DNA from: Acidimicrobiia bacterium
GTDB taxonomy: Bacteria > Actinomycetota > Acidimicrobiia > Acidimicrobiales > JANYDT01
NCBI GenBank assembly: GCA_031418775.1
Contig: JANOJN010000190.1
Coordinates: 9,216-73,215 of the forward strand
Length of the DNA: 64,000 nucleotides
Direction of reading: 5' to 3'
How positions within the stretch are numbered: the stretch's first letter is position 1; each line of letters begins with the position of its first letter. The position numbers and the translations under genes are program-made. Positions 54,580 through 64,000 of the stretch are shown here, piece after piece. Under the pieces are notes generated by a model that was given only the letters and a program-made list of their open reading frames with translations, had not been told where the DNA came from and did not search any database.

Positions 54580-54699
54580 CCGACAGGGTCGTTCGGGCAC
54601 TTCCGGGCACCCGTGCACCGGTTCATCACGGATTGCCGCGAGAATGGTCTGCCCGTTCCACCACGTTGCCCGCTTCCTGACGACTGAGCACTCCCGCCC

Positions 54700-55848
54700 A
54701 TGGCCACGACCAACACCGATTTCTACGAACTGCTGGGCGTGTCCCGGACGGCGTCCGATGACGAGATCAAGAAGGCATACCGCTCTCGCGCTCGCGAGTT
54801 GCACCCCGACGCGAATCCCGACGACCCGGCCGCGGAGGAGCAGTTCAAGCAGCTCGCGTTGGCCTACGAGGTCCTGAAGGACCCGGAAAAGCGAGCCCGT
54901 TACGACCAGTTCGGCATCGATGGTCTCCGCTCCGGCGGTGGCGGGGGAGCGGGGGATCCGTTCGGCTTCGGGTCGGGCGGGCTCAACGACCTGTTCGAGG
55001 CGTTCTTCAGCGGTTCCGGGAATTCGTTCGGCGGCGGGGGACGACGTGGGCCGTCGGGTCCGCCGCGTGGCGGCGACGCCGAAACCGCATCGTCGCTCAC
55101 CTTCGAAGAAGCCGTGTTCGGGGTCACCACCGAGGTGACCCTGCGGCTCCCGGTGGCCTGCGACACCTGCGCGGCGAGCGGTGCCGCGCCAGGGACGTCC
55201 TCGTCGAAGTGCACCCAGTGCGACGGGACCGGTGAGGTCCGCCGTGTGAGGCAGTCACTCATCGGTCAGATGGTGACCACCAGCGCCTGTGGGCGATGCG
55301 GCGGCACCGGTCAGACGATCGAGACGCCCTGTCCGACGTGTCGCGGCGAGGGACGGCGCACCGAGCAGCGGACCTTCCCGGTCGGGGTTCCGGCAGGCGT
55401 CGATGACGGCACCACCCTGCGGCTCTCGGGCCGTGGACCGGCGGGTCCGCGGGGCGGACCGAACGGCGATCTCTTCGTCCATCTCCGGGTCGAGCCCCAT
55501 CCCCGCTTCTCGCGAAACGGTGTGGATCTCGTCGAGCAGCTCGAAGTGCCAGTCACCCAAGCGGCCTTGGGCGTGCATCTGGCCTACGAGACCCTCGATG
55601 GGGTCGAAGACCTCGTCATCGCCGCCGGCACCCAGACGGGTCGGGTCTACCGACTGCGCGAACGAGGGGTTCCGGTCGTCAACGGACGGGGGCGCGGCGA
55701 CTTGTTGGTGCAGGTGATCGTGAGCACTCCCACGCAGCTGACCAAGGAGCAGGACGAATTGCTTCGGACCCTGGCGGAGATGCGGGACGAGCCGGTCGCC
55801 CCGCCCGATCGGAGCCTGCTCGGCAAGATCCGGTCCAAGTTCCGGTAA
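54700..55848 (+). CDS. dnaJ: Chaperone DnaJ
   Basis: It has a J-domain with HPD, a Gly-rich linker and four CxxCxGxG zinc-finger repeats. Confidence 0.95.
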   Translation: MATTNTDFYELLGVSRTASDDEIKKAYRSRARELHPDANPDDPAAEEQFKQLALAYEVLKDPEKRARYDQFGIDGLRSGGGGGAGDPFGFGSGGLNDLFEAFFSGSGNSFGGGGRRGPSGPPRGGDAETASSLTFEEAVFGVTTEVTLRLPVACDTCAASGAAPGTSSSKCTQCDGTGEVRRVRQSLIGQMVTTSACGRCGGTGQTIETPCPTCRGEGRRTEQRTFPVGVPAGVDDGTTLRLSGRGPAGPRGGPNGDLFVHLRVEPHPRFSRNGVDLVEQLEVPVTQAALGVHLAYETLDGVEDLVIAAGTQTGRVYRLRERGVPVVNGRGRGDLLVQVIVSTPTQLTKEQDELLRTLAEMRDEPVAPPDRSLLGKIRSKFR

Positions 55849-56606
55849 TGCCCGGAGCTGCGAACTCGCGTTCTCCGGGAGGACCCGCTGAGGCTGACGC
55901 GCGAGCGCACCTCGTCGTCGATCGCGCTTCGCTCGCGGGTCCCGGGGTCGCCCGATTGACGCTCGCCAGGGAAACCCACCACCATTGCGCCCGGGTGCTC
56001 CGTCTCCGAACCGGGGACACGGTCACCCTGACGGACGGGTGGGGCCGTTGGGTGGAAGCGGTCCTGGCCGCGTCGTTCGGAGACACCGGCGACGTGACGC
56101 TTTCTGGAGCAGTGCGGGAGGAGGCGGGTCCGCCCGACGTCGGTATCGCCTTCTCGCTGACCAAGGGCGAAAAACCCGAGATGGTCGTCCAGAAGCTGAC
56201 TGAGCTCGGCGTGCGACGGATCATTCCGGTCCGGTCGGTCCGATCGATCGTCAAGTGGGACGACGGCAAGGCCGACCGCAACGCCTCCCGGCTCGCCCTG
56301 ATCGCCCGCTCGGCATTGGAGCAGAGCCGTGGAGCATGGCTGCCGATCATCGAACCGGCGATCACGGTCGAGTCGCTGGCACAGCGTCCCGGGGTCGTGC
56401 GGGCCGACCGTGGGGGACGCGAACTCCGCCTGGAGGATGCCATTGTGGCGATCGGGCCCGAAGGTGGATGGGATTTCTCCGAGCGGGATCTGCTGCCCGA
56501 GGCCGTTGGGCTGCCGGGCTCGGTGTTGCGTGCCGAGACCGCGGCGATCGTGGCCGGAGCGCTTCTTGTCGCCCTCCATGCCGCGGTCGCACGACGACGT
56601 GACTGA
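55848..56606 (+). CDS. rsmE: 16S rRNA (uracil1498-N3)-methyltransferase RsmE
   Basis: The start overlaps the dnaJ stop (TAATG). It has IAIGPEGGW and a C-terminal RAETAA motif. Confidence 0.85.
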   Translation: MPGAANSRSPGGPAEADARAHLVVDRASLAGPGVARLTLARETHHHCARVLRLRTGDTVTLTDGWGRWVEAVLAASFGDTGDVTLSGAVREEAGPPDVGIAFSLTKGEKPEMVVQKLTELGVRRIIPVRSVRSIVKWDDGKADRNASRLALIARSALEQSRGAWLPIIEPAITVESLAQRPGVVRADRGGRELRLEDAIVAIGPEGGWDFSERDLLPEAVGLPGSVLRAETAAIVAGALLVALHAAVARRRD

Positions 56607-56721
56607 GGCGGACTACCCAGGTGTGAAAGAAATCCGCTGCCACGTGGCGGGCAATCCCCCATAGCGTGCGTCACCTGCGCTACCCTGTTAAATGCACGCA
56701 GCGCGCGTAAGCGACGGCCGA

Positions 56722-56733
56722 CTCACCGGTGAG
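56722..56733. promoter_or_regulatory. Perfect 12-bp palindrome CTCACCGGTGAG upstream of the BldD-like gene
   Basis: It lies in the 237-nt lower-GC spacer. A second inverted repeat, GTACA-N9-TGTAC, is at 56768..56786. Both are candidate autoregulatory sites. Confidence 0.3.
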
Positions 56734-56843
56734 GCCCGGACTTTCTCACGGAGCGTGTCTTTTCGGGGTACATCTGTTCGGTGTACAGCGAAAAGTTACG
56801 AGAGTTCCGACCGCCCCAACGGTCATGACACTGAGGGACACCG

Positions 56844-57362
56844 ATGGACGATGAATTAGGCGTTGACGCCAACTACACGCGCCAGGTCGGGCTTCGCCTT
56901 CGTGGCGTCCGGCGATCGCAGCGCCTGTCGCTCCACGACGTGGAGGTGTCCTCGGAAAAGGAGTTCAAGGCGTCGGTGTTGGGCGCCTACGAGCGCGGTG
57001 AGCGGGCAATCTCCGTGCCCCGTCTCCAGCGGCTCGCCCGGTTTTATGGCGTTCCGGTCGATCATCTCCTGCCGGTTATCGACCTCACGACGGCCACCGG
57101 GTCGGCGGATGGCGCGGACGAGCGCCGTGCTCCCACCCGTGGTATCACGATCGACCTGATCCAGCTCGAAGCGATGTCGGGTCAGGAAGCCGCACTCTTG
57201 GCGCGCTATGTCACCATGATCCGGGCCCAGCGCTCCGATCCCGCCGGGTCGGGCATGACGATCCGCCGGGAGGATCTCAACCCGCTCGCGGCGCTCCTCG
57301 AGACCGATCTCGAAACCGTGAAATCGCGAATGTCGGCGCTCGGCGCCGAACTTGTCCACTGA
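56844..57362 (+). CDS. bldD: BldD-like XRE-family developmental regulator (c-di-GMP-binding signature present)
   Basis: GAGGGA lies 5 nt upstream. The N-terminus matches BldD closely (LSLHDVE..SVLGAYERGERAISVPRLQRLARFYGVPVDHLLP). The C-terminal domain has RSD-X8-RRED (57231..57275), fitting the RXD-X8-RXXD motif. Confidence 0.8.
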   Translation: MDDELGVDANYTRQVGLRLRGVRRSQRLSLHDVEVSSEKEFKASVLGAYERGERAISVPRLQRLARFYGVPVDHLLPVIDLTTATGSADGADERRAPTRGITIDLIQLEAMSGQEAALLARYVTMIRAQRSDPAGSGMTIRREDLNPLAALLETDLETVKSRMSALGAELVH

Positions 57363-57412
57363 TCGATCCGAGTAGCCCAGCTTCGTTTCGCCACGCGCTG
57401 CTCGGCGCGTAT

Positions 57413-58486
57413 GTGCACATACCTTTTTGCGCCCATCGGTGCGATTACTGCTCGTTCTCGGTCTTCACGGACCGGAATCATCTCCACCGTGGCTATGTCG
57501 AGGCGCTCCTACGTGAGATCGCTTCCGCCGCCGCGAACGGCGCAGTCTTTCAGAGCGTGTTCATCGGGGGCGGGACGCCGTCGCTGATCGACGCACCGCT
57601 CCTCGCCGAGGTACTCCGGGCGCTGCCGACGAGTGACGGCGCCGAGGTGACGGTCGAGTCCAACCCCGACGATGTCACCGAAGCGTGGGTCTCCGCTCTG
57701 CGCGACGCCGGAATGACCCGTCTGTCGCTGGGCGTGCAGTCGACGGTCGATCACGTGTTGGCCTCGCTCAACCGTCGTCACGACCGGGCCAACGTGGCGA
57801 CCGCGGTCGCGGCTGTCCAGCGTGTCGGCGTGCCGTCGTTGAACGTCGACCTGATCTACGGCGCGGTCGGGGAGTCGTTGGACGACTGGCGCCAATCGGT
57901 GGACGAGGTGATCTCCTGGGGCACCACGCACGTCTCGGCGTATGCGTTGACGGTGGAGGGTGGTACCGCGCTGGCGGCCGACCCGGCACGCGCACCGGAT
58001 GAGGACGATCAGGCCGACAAATACGAGCTCGCTTCGGAACTTCTCGGCGCCGCCGGTTTCGCCAACTACGAGGTGTCGAACTGGGCGCGTCCGAGGTTCG
58101 AGTGCGCCCACAACTGGACGTACTGGAGGCAGGGCTCCTATCTCGGCTTCGGTTGCGCCGCCCATTCTCACGTCGACGGACACCGGTGGTGGAACGTGCG
58201 GACACCGGACCGCTACATCGAGAAGGTCGGTTCCGACGAGTCGCCGGTCTCAGCTTCAGAGCGACTCGACCCGGCGGCTCGTGCGCTGGAAGCGCTGCAG
58301 CTCTCGCTCCGCACCCGCGAAGGCGTGCCGATCGGCTCGTTCTCCGACGCCGACCTCGGAGGTCTCGTGACCGGTGGTCTGGTGGAGGTTCAGGATTCGA
58401 CGGCACGGCTTTCCGTGCGCGGACGGCTCCTCGCCAACGCGGTCACCCATCTTCTGCGCGTCCCCGGATCTACTGACGACGGCTGA
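57413..58486 (+). CDS. hemW: Radical SAM heme chaperone HemW (HemN-like)
   Basis: HIPFCAHRCDYCSF carries the CxxxCxxC motif. The start is uncertain: GTG 57413 leaves only four residues before the motif, and no other canonical start exists upstream in frame. Confidence 0.8.
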   Translation: MHIPFCAHRCDYCSFSVFTDRNHLHRGYVEALLREIASAAANGAVFQSVFIGGGTPSLIDAPLLAEVLRALPTSDGAEVTVESNPDDVTEAWVSALRDAGMTRLSLGVQSTVDHVLASLNRRHDRANVATAVAAVQRVGVPSLNVDLIYGAVGESLDDWRQSVDEVISWGTTHVSAYALTVEGGTALAADPARAPDEDDQADKYELASELLGAAGFANYEVSNWARPRFECAHNWTYWRQGSYLGFGCAAHSHVDGHRWWNVRTPDRYIEKVGSDESPVSASERLDPAARALEALQLSLRTREGVPIGSFSDADLGGLVTGGLVEVQDSTARLSVRGRLLANAVTHLLRVPGSTDDG

Positions 58487-58497
58487 CCGCCTCACCG

Positions 58498-59661
58498 TCA
58501 CGTCGCGCTCGGACCTATCATACGCGTGCTTAGTAAAGCCCGATTGACCTTGCCTGAAGACGTTCGGGGGAGCGGTCCGTCGAGCATGACGAGCGCTCGC
58601 GGGGCGCAGTATCCGGCAAGCGAGTCGCGCACCACGGAGCGCACCTCGTCAAGGGACGGCGTCGTCGTGCCGGCGGCGACGAACAGCGTGACCCGCTGAC
58701 CCCACTCAGGGTCCGGCTGCCCGGCGACCGCCGCCTCGAGGTCGGCGAACGCCGAGCGAAGCACGCGCTCTACCGCGTCGGGCCATACCTTCTCCCCACC
58801 CGTGACGATCACATCGCCGCGTCGCCCGAGTACCTCGAGTCGTCCATCCGTACGGAAGCGTCCGGCGTCGTTGGTGGCGAAACGTCCCTCGCCATCCTTC
58901 GGGTCGAATCCCTCCGGCGTGGCGACACCATCAGCGGATCGGTACGAGCGCAACAGCATCGGAGCATCGATCAGGATCTCGCCGTCGTCTCCGAGGGTGA
59001 TTGCGACTCCTTCCAACGCGAAGCCGTCGTAGACGACGCCGGAGCCGGTCTCGGTCATACCGTACGTGCGCACACAATTGTCCGGGAGGGCTTCGGGCAT
59101 GGCCGAACCCCCGACGAGAATCGTCTGCCACCCGTCCGTGTCGACGCGCTGCAACGCCGTGACGACCAGCGAGGTGCGGGTGTGACCGGTGGAGCGGGCC
59201 GCGTTCACGACCTCAGGATCGAATCGATCGACGATCGTGAGCGGAGTGCCGTTCGCAAGTGCCCGCGTGACGACCGAGAGCCCGCCGATATGGGCGACCG
59301 GGAGGGTGGCGAGCCATCGGTCCGTCGCCGGATCGATGGCGAGTCGGGCGTTCGTCGCCGTGGCTGATGCAGTGACCGCGTTGTGGGTCAGGACCACGCC
59401 CTTCGGCTCACCGGTCGTCCCCGACGTGGCGACGACGAGCGCGTCACCGTCGAGCACCGGGACGCCATCGTCGCGGCTCGAGCGGCCGGACGAATCGACG
59501 ACCACCTCGGGGCGGAGCACGTCGAGCAACGCTGCCTTGGCCGGTCCGGCGAGGCGCGGGTCGATCGGAAGCACCGCGTCGCCATCGTCCCAGCACCTGC
59601 GGAGCTCCTCCACGAACGCATTCCCCGGTGGCAGGTCGAGGGCGACCAGTCGTCGGGTCAT
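58498..59661 (-). CDS. menE: o-Succinylbenzoate-CoA ligase
   Basis: 387-aa adenylate-forming enzyme (TSGTTGEPKGV) of the short MenE type, located within a men gene cluster. Confidence 0.75.
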   Translation of the reverse strand: MTRRLVALDLPPGNAFVEELRRCWDDGDAVLPIDPRLAGPAKAALLDVLRPEVVVDSSGRSSRDDGVPVLDGDALVVATSGTTGEPKGVVLTHNAVTASATATNARLAIDPATDRWLATLPVAHIGGLSVVTRALANGTPLTIVDRFDPEVVNAARSTGHTRTSLVVTALQRVDTDGWQTILVGGSAMPEALPDNCVRTYGMTETGSGVVYDGFALEGVAITLGDDGEILIDAPMLLRSYRSADGVATPEGFDPKDGEGRFATNDAGRFRTDGRLEVLGRRGDVIVTGGEKVWPDAVERVLRSAFADLEAAVAGQPDPEWGQRVTLFVAAGTTTPSLDEVRSVVRDSLAGYCAPRALVMLDGPLPRTSSGKVNRALLSTRMIGPSAT

Positions 59662-59682
59662 CGTGTGGCTTTCACTCGGCGC

Positions 59683-60090
59683 TCAACCGATCGCGCTGAC
59701 GACGGCGAGCGCAGCGAGGGCGATGTTGCGCACGATGGTCTCGGTGCTGATCGGACGCTCGTCGAGCGCACCGAAGCATCGGCACATCGGCGCCTGTCCC
59801 TGACGAAGCGTCCGTGCCATGGCCACGGTGAACGCCCCGAGCAGCATCACTGAACCGATCGCCGCAACACGCCGCACAACCGAGATCAGCAGACCGACGA
59901 CGAGGCCGACAGAGAGGGCGAGCTCGACGATAGGCAGCAGCCGGGCGACGACTCGAGCGAGCGATGCCGGCACGCCGAGCGAACGGGCGGCCGTTGTCGT
60001 CCCGACGACGTCGCGTGCCTTTGCCGTTCCCGACACGGCGAAGACCCCGGCGAGCACGATCGAGGCGACGACGATGACCGCGAAACGCAC
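59683..60090 (-). CDS. MauE/DoxX-family membrane protein
   Basis: 135 aa with four hydrophobic segments. The pattern LAGVFAVSGTAKAR..., GAFTVAMARTL and the CRCFG motif are typical of MauE-like proteins. Confidence 0.6.
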   Translation of the reverse strand: MRFAVIVVASIVLAGVFAVSGTAKARDVVGTTTAARSLGVPASLARVVARLLPIVELALSVGLVVGLLISVVRRVAAIGSVMLLGAFTVAMARTLRQGQAPMCRCFGALDERPISTETIVRNIALAALAVVSAIG

Positions 60091-60225
60091 GCTCCCAAGC
60101 TATTGCCCGGCGGCGCTCCTCCGTCATCGCGGCCAACCGGTACGGTTGGAGGTGTGGCTGGACCCATCTCCACTCCCGTCGCGGCTCCGGGCCCGTCGTC
60201 CTCTCCGCCTGCGCACCCAACGGGT

Positions 60226-61101
60226 ATGCAGGCGTGGCTCATCGGCGCGCGAGTCCGGACGCTGCCGGCCGCAGTGGTGCCCGTGCTCGTCGGCACCGCG
60301 GTAGCGATCGCGCAACGTCCGAACGGTGCATCGTGGAGCGCACCCCGGGCCGGGCTTGCGCTCGTCGTGTCTCTCGCGCTCCAGGTGGGCGTGAACTATG
60401 CCAACGACTACTCCGACGGTGTTCGCGGCACCGATGACGCACGGGTGGGGCCGCTGCGGCTCGTCGGGTCGGGCGCGAAGTCCGCGGCGGCCGTGAAGCG
60501 GGCGGCATTCGCCGCACTCGGAGCGGCCGCCGTTGCCGGACTCGTCCTCGCTGCGCTCACCTCGTGGTGGCTGATCGCCGTCGGACTCGCCGCCATCGCC
60601 GCGGCGTGGGGCTACACGGGCGGCCCACGGCCTTACGGGTACGCCGGGCTGGGAGAGGTGTTCGTCTTCGTGTTCTTTGGCATCGTTGCCGTCGCCGGCT
60701 CGGCCTTCGTGCAGTACGAGGAGCTTACGGCCGCGGCCTTCGTCGCCGCGTTCCCGGTCGGGCTTCTTGCCACGGCCCTGCTGGTCACGAACAACTTGCG
60801 CGACATCCCCGGTGACCGCGTTGTCGGCAAGGACACCCTCGCGGTACGCCTCGGCGACGGCCGCACACGGGTGTTCTTCGTCATGCTCGTCGGGGGAGCG
60901 TTCGCGGCGATCGCGCTGCTGGCGGTGGTGCTGGGCCGTCCGGCCACGCTGGTCGGTCTGCTTGCCGCCCCACTGGCGATCGCTCCCGTGAAGGCTGTGC
61001 GCGGCGGGTCACTCGGACGCGACCTGATCGCCGTGCTCGGCGCCACGGGCAAGCTGCAGTTGGCCGTTGGTGTCCTTCTCACGTGCGGGATCCTGCGGTG
61101 A
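60226..61101 (+). CDS. menA: 1,4-dihydroxy-2-naphthoate polyprenyltransferase
   Basis: ATG at 60226. It has RTLPAAVVPVLVGTA and the NYANDYSDGVRGTD UbiA-type motif. Confidence 0.85.
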   Translation: MQAWLIGARVRTLPAAVVPVLVGTAVAIAQRPNGASWSAPRAGLALVVSLALQVGVNYANDYSDGVRGTDDARVGPLRLVGSGAKSAAAVKRAAFAALGAAAVAGLVLAALTSWWLIAVGLAAIAAAWGYTGGPRPYGYAGLGEVFVFVFFGIVAVAGSAFVQYEELTAAAFVAAFPVGLLATALLVTNNLRDIPGDRVVGKDTLAVRLGDGRTRVFFVMLVGGAFAAIALLAVVLGRPATLVGLLAAPLAIAPVKAVRGGSLGRDLIAVLGATGKLQLAVGVLLTCGILR

Positions 61102-61249
61102 GCGCCGCGCCCGCGGTCGGGAACGCGTGATCCAACGCGATCGGCGCATCGCCCATCCCGATGATGCGCTTCGTCGGCTGGCCCGCACCGGACGCCCGGC
61201 GCTCGGGCAGACGACCGATCCCGGGAAGAAGCCGAAGCCGCCTTCGGCG

Positions 61250-62911
61250 ATGCGCCAGTTCAACGTCGCGGCGATCGCCGTGCTGGCCGTGTGCACGGCG
61301 ATCGCTCTTGCACCGTTCGTCATCCCGCAGCACGAACTCACGGTCTCGGGACTGCGCTCCGGTTCCGATCTCAATGCCGCGGGAGTGAAGAAGCTCGAGG
61401 CGGTCATCGCGGTCACGCCGTCGACCGCGGTCGAACGCCTCGACGTGCGTCTCGACGGCGAGACGGTTCCGATCGTCCGTAATAGCCGGTCGGCGGTGTG
61501 GACGCCACCGGCCGACCTCCCCGACGGAGAGCACCGACTGGTCATTCGTTCCGGCGCATCGGTGCTCTGGCGGGGACCCGCCCGGCGCGAGATCAGGTTC
61601 GTCGTCGACCGCTCCCGTCCGGAACTGAAGGTTCGCAGCGAGTCGAACGTCGATGGGCAGGCACTCGTTCTCTCGGGGACGACAGAGCCAGGTGTCACCC
61701 TTCGCGTGAACGGGGTTGTCGTGCCGGTCAAGGCAAGCGGGCCGCAGAAGGGAGCGTTCCGGGCGACGTTTCGTAAGGCGCCGGTGGGGACGGTCGAGAT
61801 CGTCGCCGTCGACGACGCCAACAACCGCAGCCGTCGGCTCGTCCGCACCGGCGTGGAGAAACCGAAGATGCGTGGTGTGCACGTGACCCCGCGCGGATGG
61901 CGGATCGCGTCCGTGCGAAATCCCGTGTTTCGCATGATCGAGTCGAAGCAGATCAACACGGTGATGCTCACGCTCAAGGACGAGGCCGGGGGCTTGGCCT
62001 ATCGCTCCGCGGTGCCGAAGGCCATCGAGATCGGTGCCAGCCAGGACCTCATCGATCCGCGGAAGGTGATCGATGAGCTTCACGCGCGTGGTGTGCGCGT
62101 CGTCGGTCGCATCGTCTGCTTCCGCGATCCGCTGTTCGTCGCCGATGCGGTTCGGAGCGGGAACCTCGACCGGGTGGTCACCGACGCGACCGGCCTACCC
62201 TTCGTCGGCAGCGATGGGGTCTTCGCCAACGCGGTCAATCCGGAGGCGCAGCGCTATGTGCTCGACATCATCGCCGAGGCGGCGAGCATGGGGTTCGACG
62301 ACCTGATTCTCGACGAGGTTCGACGTCCGGGTGGGGAGCCGACATCGATGGTGCTCGCTGGTCTGCGCCCGGACCTCCGTGGTCTCGACAGCCAACTGGT
62401 CTCGTTTCTCCGGCGAGCGGGGGAACAGCTGCGCGGGCTCAACGTCGGCTTCGGAGTCACGGTGCTCGGCGCGTCGATCAACGACCCCAAGGCCTACGGG
62501 CAGAGCGCCGCGAAATTCGCACCGCTCGTCGATTACCTGTCGCCGAAGCTCTTCCCGTCGCGGTTCGCTCCGGGATCCTTTGGGATCGAGAGCCCGGCAG
62601 AGCGTCCGCATGCCTTGGTCGCCGAGGCGGTGAAGGTGGTGTTCCGTCAGGTGGCGAACACCGATGCCGCAGTCCTGCCGTGGCTGCAGGACTTCTCCGA
62701 GGGCCGCCCGAATGGGCCTGAAGACGTGAGGGCCCAGATCGATGCCGTCGATCAGCTCGGGATCGGGCGGTGGATGCTTGTCGACCCGAAGATGTCGTAC
62801 AACACCGGTGGCATCCCGTTCCGGGCGGAGTCGGTGATGCGCAACCAGACACCGACCTCGGGGCCGACAACCACCGCCGTCCCTGCGCCCGACGACACCG
62901 TCACTCCCTGA
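61250..62911 (+). CDS. Membrane-anchored putative glycoside-hydrolase-like (TIM-barrel) protein
   Basis: ATG at 61250 (alternative GTG 61127). It has an N-terminal TM helix and Ig-like repeats, then MRGVHVT...INTVMLTLKDEAG..VGRIVCFRD..FDDLILDEVR, resembling the uncharacterised GH-like family. The assignment is tentative. Confidence 0.55.
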   Translation: MRQFNVAAIAVLAVCTAIALAPFVIPQHELTVSGLRSGSDLNAAGVKKLEAVIAVTPSTAVERLDVRLDGETVPIVRNSRSAVWTPPADLPDGEHRLVIRSGASVLWRGPARREIRFVVDRSRPELKVRSESNVDGQALVLSGTTEPGVTLRVNGVVVPVKASGPQKGAFRATFRKAPVGTVEIVAVDDANNRSRRLVRTGVEKPKMRGVHVTPRGWRIASVRNPVFRMIESKQINTVMLTLKDEAGGLAYRSAVPKAIEIGASQDLIDPRKVIDELHARGVRVVGRIVCFRDPLFVADAVRSGNLDRVVTDATGLPFVGSDGVFANAVNPEAQRYVLDIIAEAASMGFDDLILDEVRRPGGEPTSMVLAGLRPDLRGLDSQLVSFLRRAGEQLRGLNVGFGVTVLGASINDPKAYGQSAAKFAPLVDYLSPKLFPSRFAPGSFGIESPAERPHALVAEAVKVVFRQVANTDAAVLPWLQDFSEGRPNGPEDVRAQIDAVDQLGIGRWMLVDPKMSYNTGGIPFRAESVMRNQTPTSGPTTTAVPAPDDTVTP

Positions 62912-63668
62912 GGCGCGTGCGGCCTCGGTGGAGCGCGTCCGCAAACGCCTCCGGCTGCTCGAGGTGACACGCATGGCCGGCACCAACGATGTGCTCGTGA
63001 ACCGCGTTCGGCAGGGCGGCGGCGAGGCCGCGGCCAAGCGCGGTGAACTTGGTGTCGAGCTCGCCGGTGATGACCACCGTGGGCATCGTGAGCTCTCCGA
63101 GACGGTCCCACAGCGGTGTCTGGGTGCCGGTGCCGCAGGAGCGCAGTGAGGAGGCGAGGCCCTCGGCGGTGTTGCGGAGCCGCTCGGCCCGGTCATCTTC
63201 GCCGAGGGTGAGGGTCGCGAACAGTGGCTGACTGGTCCACCGGTCGAGGAACCGCGTGGTCCCGTCACGCAGGATTTCGTCGGCGAGAGCTTCGTCCGAG
63301 GCGACCCGACTCGCCCGCTCCGCGGCGTCGTCGATCCCGGCGGTGGTGGAGACGAGCACGAGCCCGGCGACGAGATCCGGACGCGCCAGGGCGAGGTGGA
63401 GCAGGACGCGTCCGCCCAGGGAGTACCCGATCCACCAGGCCGGATGCCCGTCGAGGAGGGGCGCCGTGCGATCGGCGACGAAGGCTGCTGCTTCGTCCAG
63501 GTCGGCGGGGCGTTCGCTCGCGGCGGAGCCGTGCCCGGGGAGATCCGGGGCGAGGATCGTCTCGCCGAGCGCCCGCTCGACGGTGGCCCACGACCGTCCC
63601 GTCTGGGTGAAGCCGTGCAGCGCGACCAGTGTTGCTTGCGACTCGGGCGGGTATAGCGCCGTAGGCAT
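62901..63668 (-). CDS. menH: SHCHC synthase (alpha/beta hydrolase MenH)
   Basis: ATG at 63668. It has LVALHGFTQTGRSW, the GYSLGG nucleophile and a C-terminal GAGH motif. The men context supports the call. Confidence 0.75.
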   Translation of the reverse strand: MPTALYPPESQATLVALHGFTQTGRSWATVERALGETILAPDLPGHGSAASERPADLDEAAAFVADRTAPLLDGHPAWWIGYSLGGRVLLHLALARPDLVAGLVLVSTTAGIDDAAERASRVASDEALADEILRDGTTRFLDRWTSQPLFATLTLGEDDRAERLRNTAEGLASSLRSCGTGTQTPLWDRLGELTMPTVVITGELDTKFTALGRGLAAALPNAVHEHIVGAGHACHLEQPEAFADALHRGRTRLRE

Positions 63669-63706
63669 GCTCGGCGGTAGCGGCGTAGGCACGGCATGAT
63701 CGTTGC

Positions 63707-64000
63707 ATGTCGTCGGACCCATCGTTCGCTCCCACCGCAGCTGACCTGCAGGCGACGTTCTGCGCGATGTTGGTCGACGAGTGGGTCCGCGCCGGTGTCC
63801 GTGACGCCGTCGTCAGTCCGGGCTCGCGTTCGACGCCCCTGGCCCTCGCCATCGCCGCCGACTCGCGGATCCGTCTCACCGTCGTGCTCGACGAACGGAG
63901 CGGTTCGTTCCGGGCGCTCGGACTCGCTCGGGCGACGGGCCGGCCGAGCGTGCTGCTGTGCACCAGCGGCACTGCCGCGGTGGAGTACCACGCGGCTGTC
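63707..64000 (+). CDS. menD: SEPHCHC synthase MenD, 5' part (runs off the window)
   Basis: My translation from ATG 63707 gives MSSDPSFAPTAADLQATFCAMLVDEWVRAGVRDAVVSPGSRSTPLALA...LLCTSGTAAVEYHAAV, a ThDP-enzyme N-terminus typical of MenD. There is no stop before the window end. Confidence 0.85.
   Translation, partial: MSSDPSFAPTAADLQATFCAMLVDEWVRAGVRDAVVSPGSRSTPLALAIAADSRIRLTVVLDERSGSFRALGLARATGRPSVLLCTSGTAAVEYHAAV

Noticed and set aside
54555-54693. CIRCE operator for HrcA near dnaJ
   Set aside because: Only the 8-mers GAGTGCTC (54555..54562) and GAGCACTC (54686..54693) are present, about 120 nt apart. CIRCE is TTAGCACTC-N9-GAGTGCTAA, and no such unit was seen in the hrcA or dnaJ upstream regions.
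53239-54804. 521-aa minus-strand ORF
   Set aside because: It is antisense to hrcA and the dnaJ start, and has no motifs.
62195-63991. 598-aa minus-strand ORF
   Set aside because: It spans regions better explained by the GH-like gene (+), menH (in a different minus frame) and menD (+). Its composition is low-complexity Arg/Pro/Ser.

Overview
This is a visibly high-G+C, actinobacterial-type chromosomal window with about 60 protein-coding genes. I recognise no rRNA, tRNA, CRISPR array, transposase, integrase or known defence gene. The right third (about 40.9-64 kb) is conserved core: rpsT, lepA, a nucleoside/ribose ABC uptake operon with ribokinase, photolyase, hrcA-dnaJ-rsmE, a BldD-like regulator, hemW and a menaquinone (menE/menA/menH/menD) cluster. 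The left two thirds are accessory metabolism and transport: CorA, a PAS-GAF-PP2C phosphatase, a fasciclin protein, acyl-CoA enzymes, a histidine-ammonia-lyase (HAL)-like enzyme with an ornithine cyclodeaminase partner, a MacB-type ABC plus MFS efflux operon with its two-component system, a GGDEF protein, and an orphan Rieske/LLM/adenylate-ligase cluster. This part shows marked gene decay: a Zn-ADH with three frameshifts, an internally deleted esterase, an acyl-CoA dehydrogenase with two frameshifts, an FtsX tail with a nonsense codon, an EAL stub and an enoyl-CoA hydratase with no usable start. I do not see a clear novel multi-gene system. The most unusual signal is at the DNA level. Diverged direct repeats of 63-88 nt (79-87% identical by hand alignment) bracket four gene modules: corA, the decayed ACAD, the 7.6 kb ABC-MFS-TCS block and an SPFH-TetR pair. 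In three of these cases one copy is a piece of an intact neighbouring gene. A near-exact 30-nt copy of the lepA 5' end creates an overlapping upstream ORF. Other items worth a second look are a structured 66-nt repeat family with compensatory stem changes, a 30-bp tandem array in a divergent promoter, a sensor kinase carrying a second His-less sensor/DHp module, and a HAL homolog with Gly-Thr-Gly in place of the Ala-Ser-Gly MIO triad. Functions are inferred from motifs read in the supplied translations, and no database search was run.
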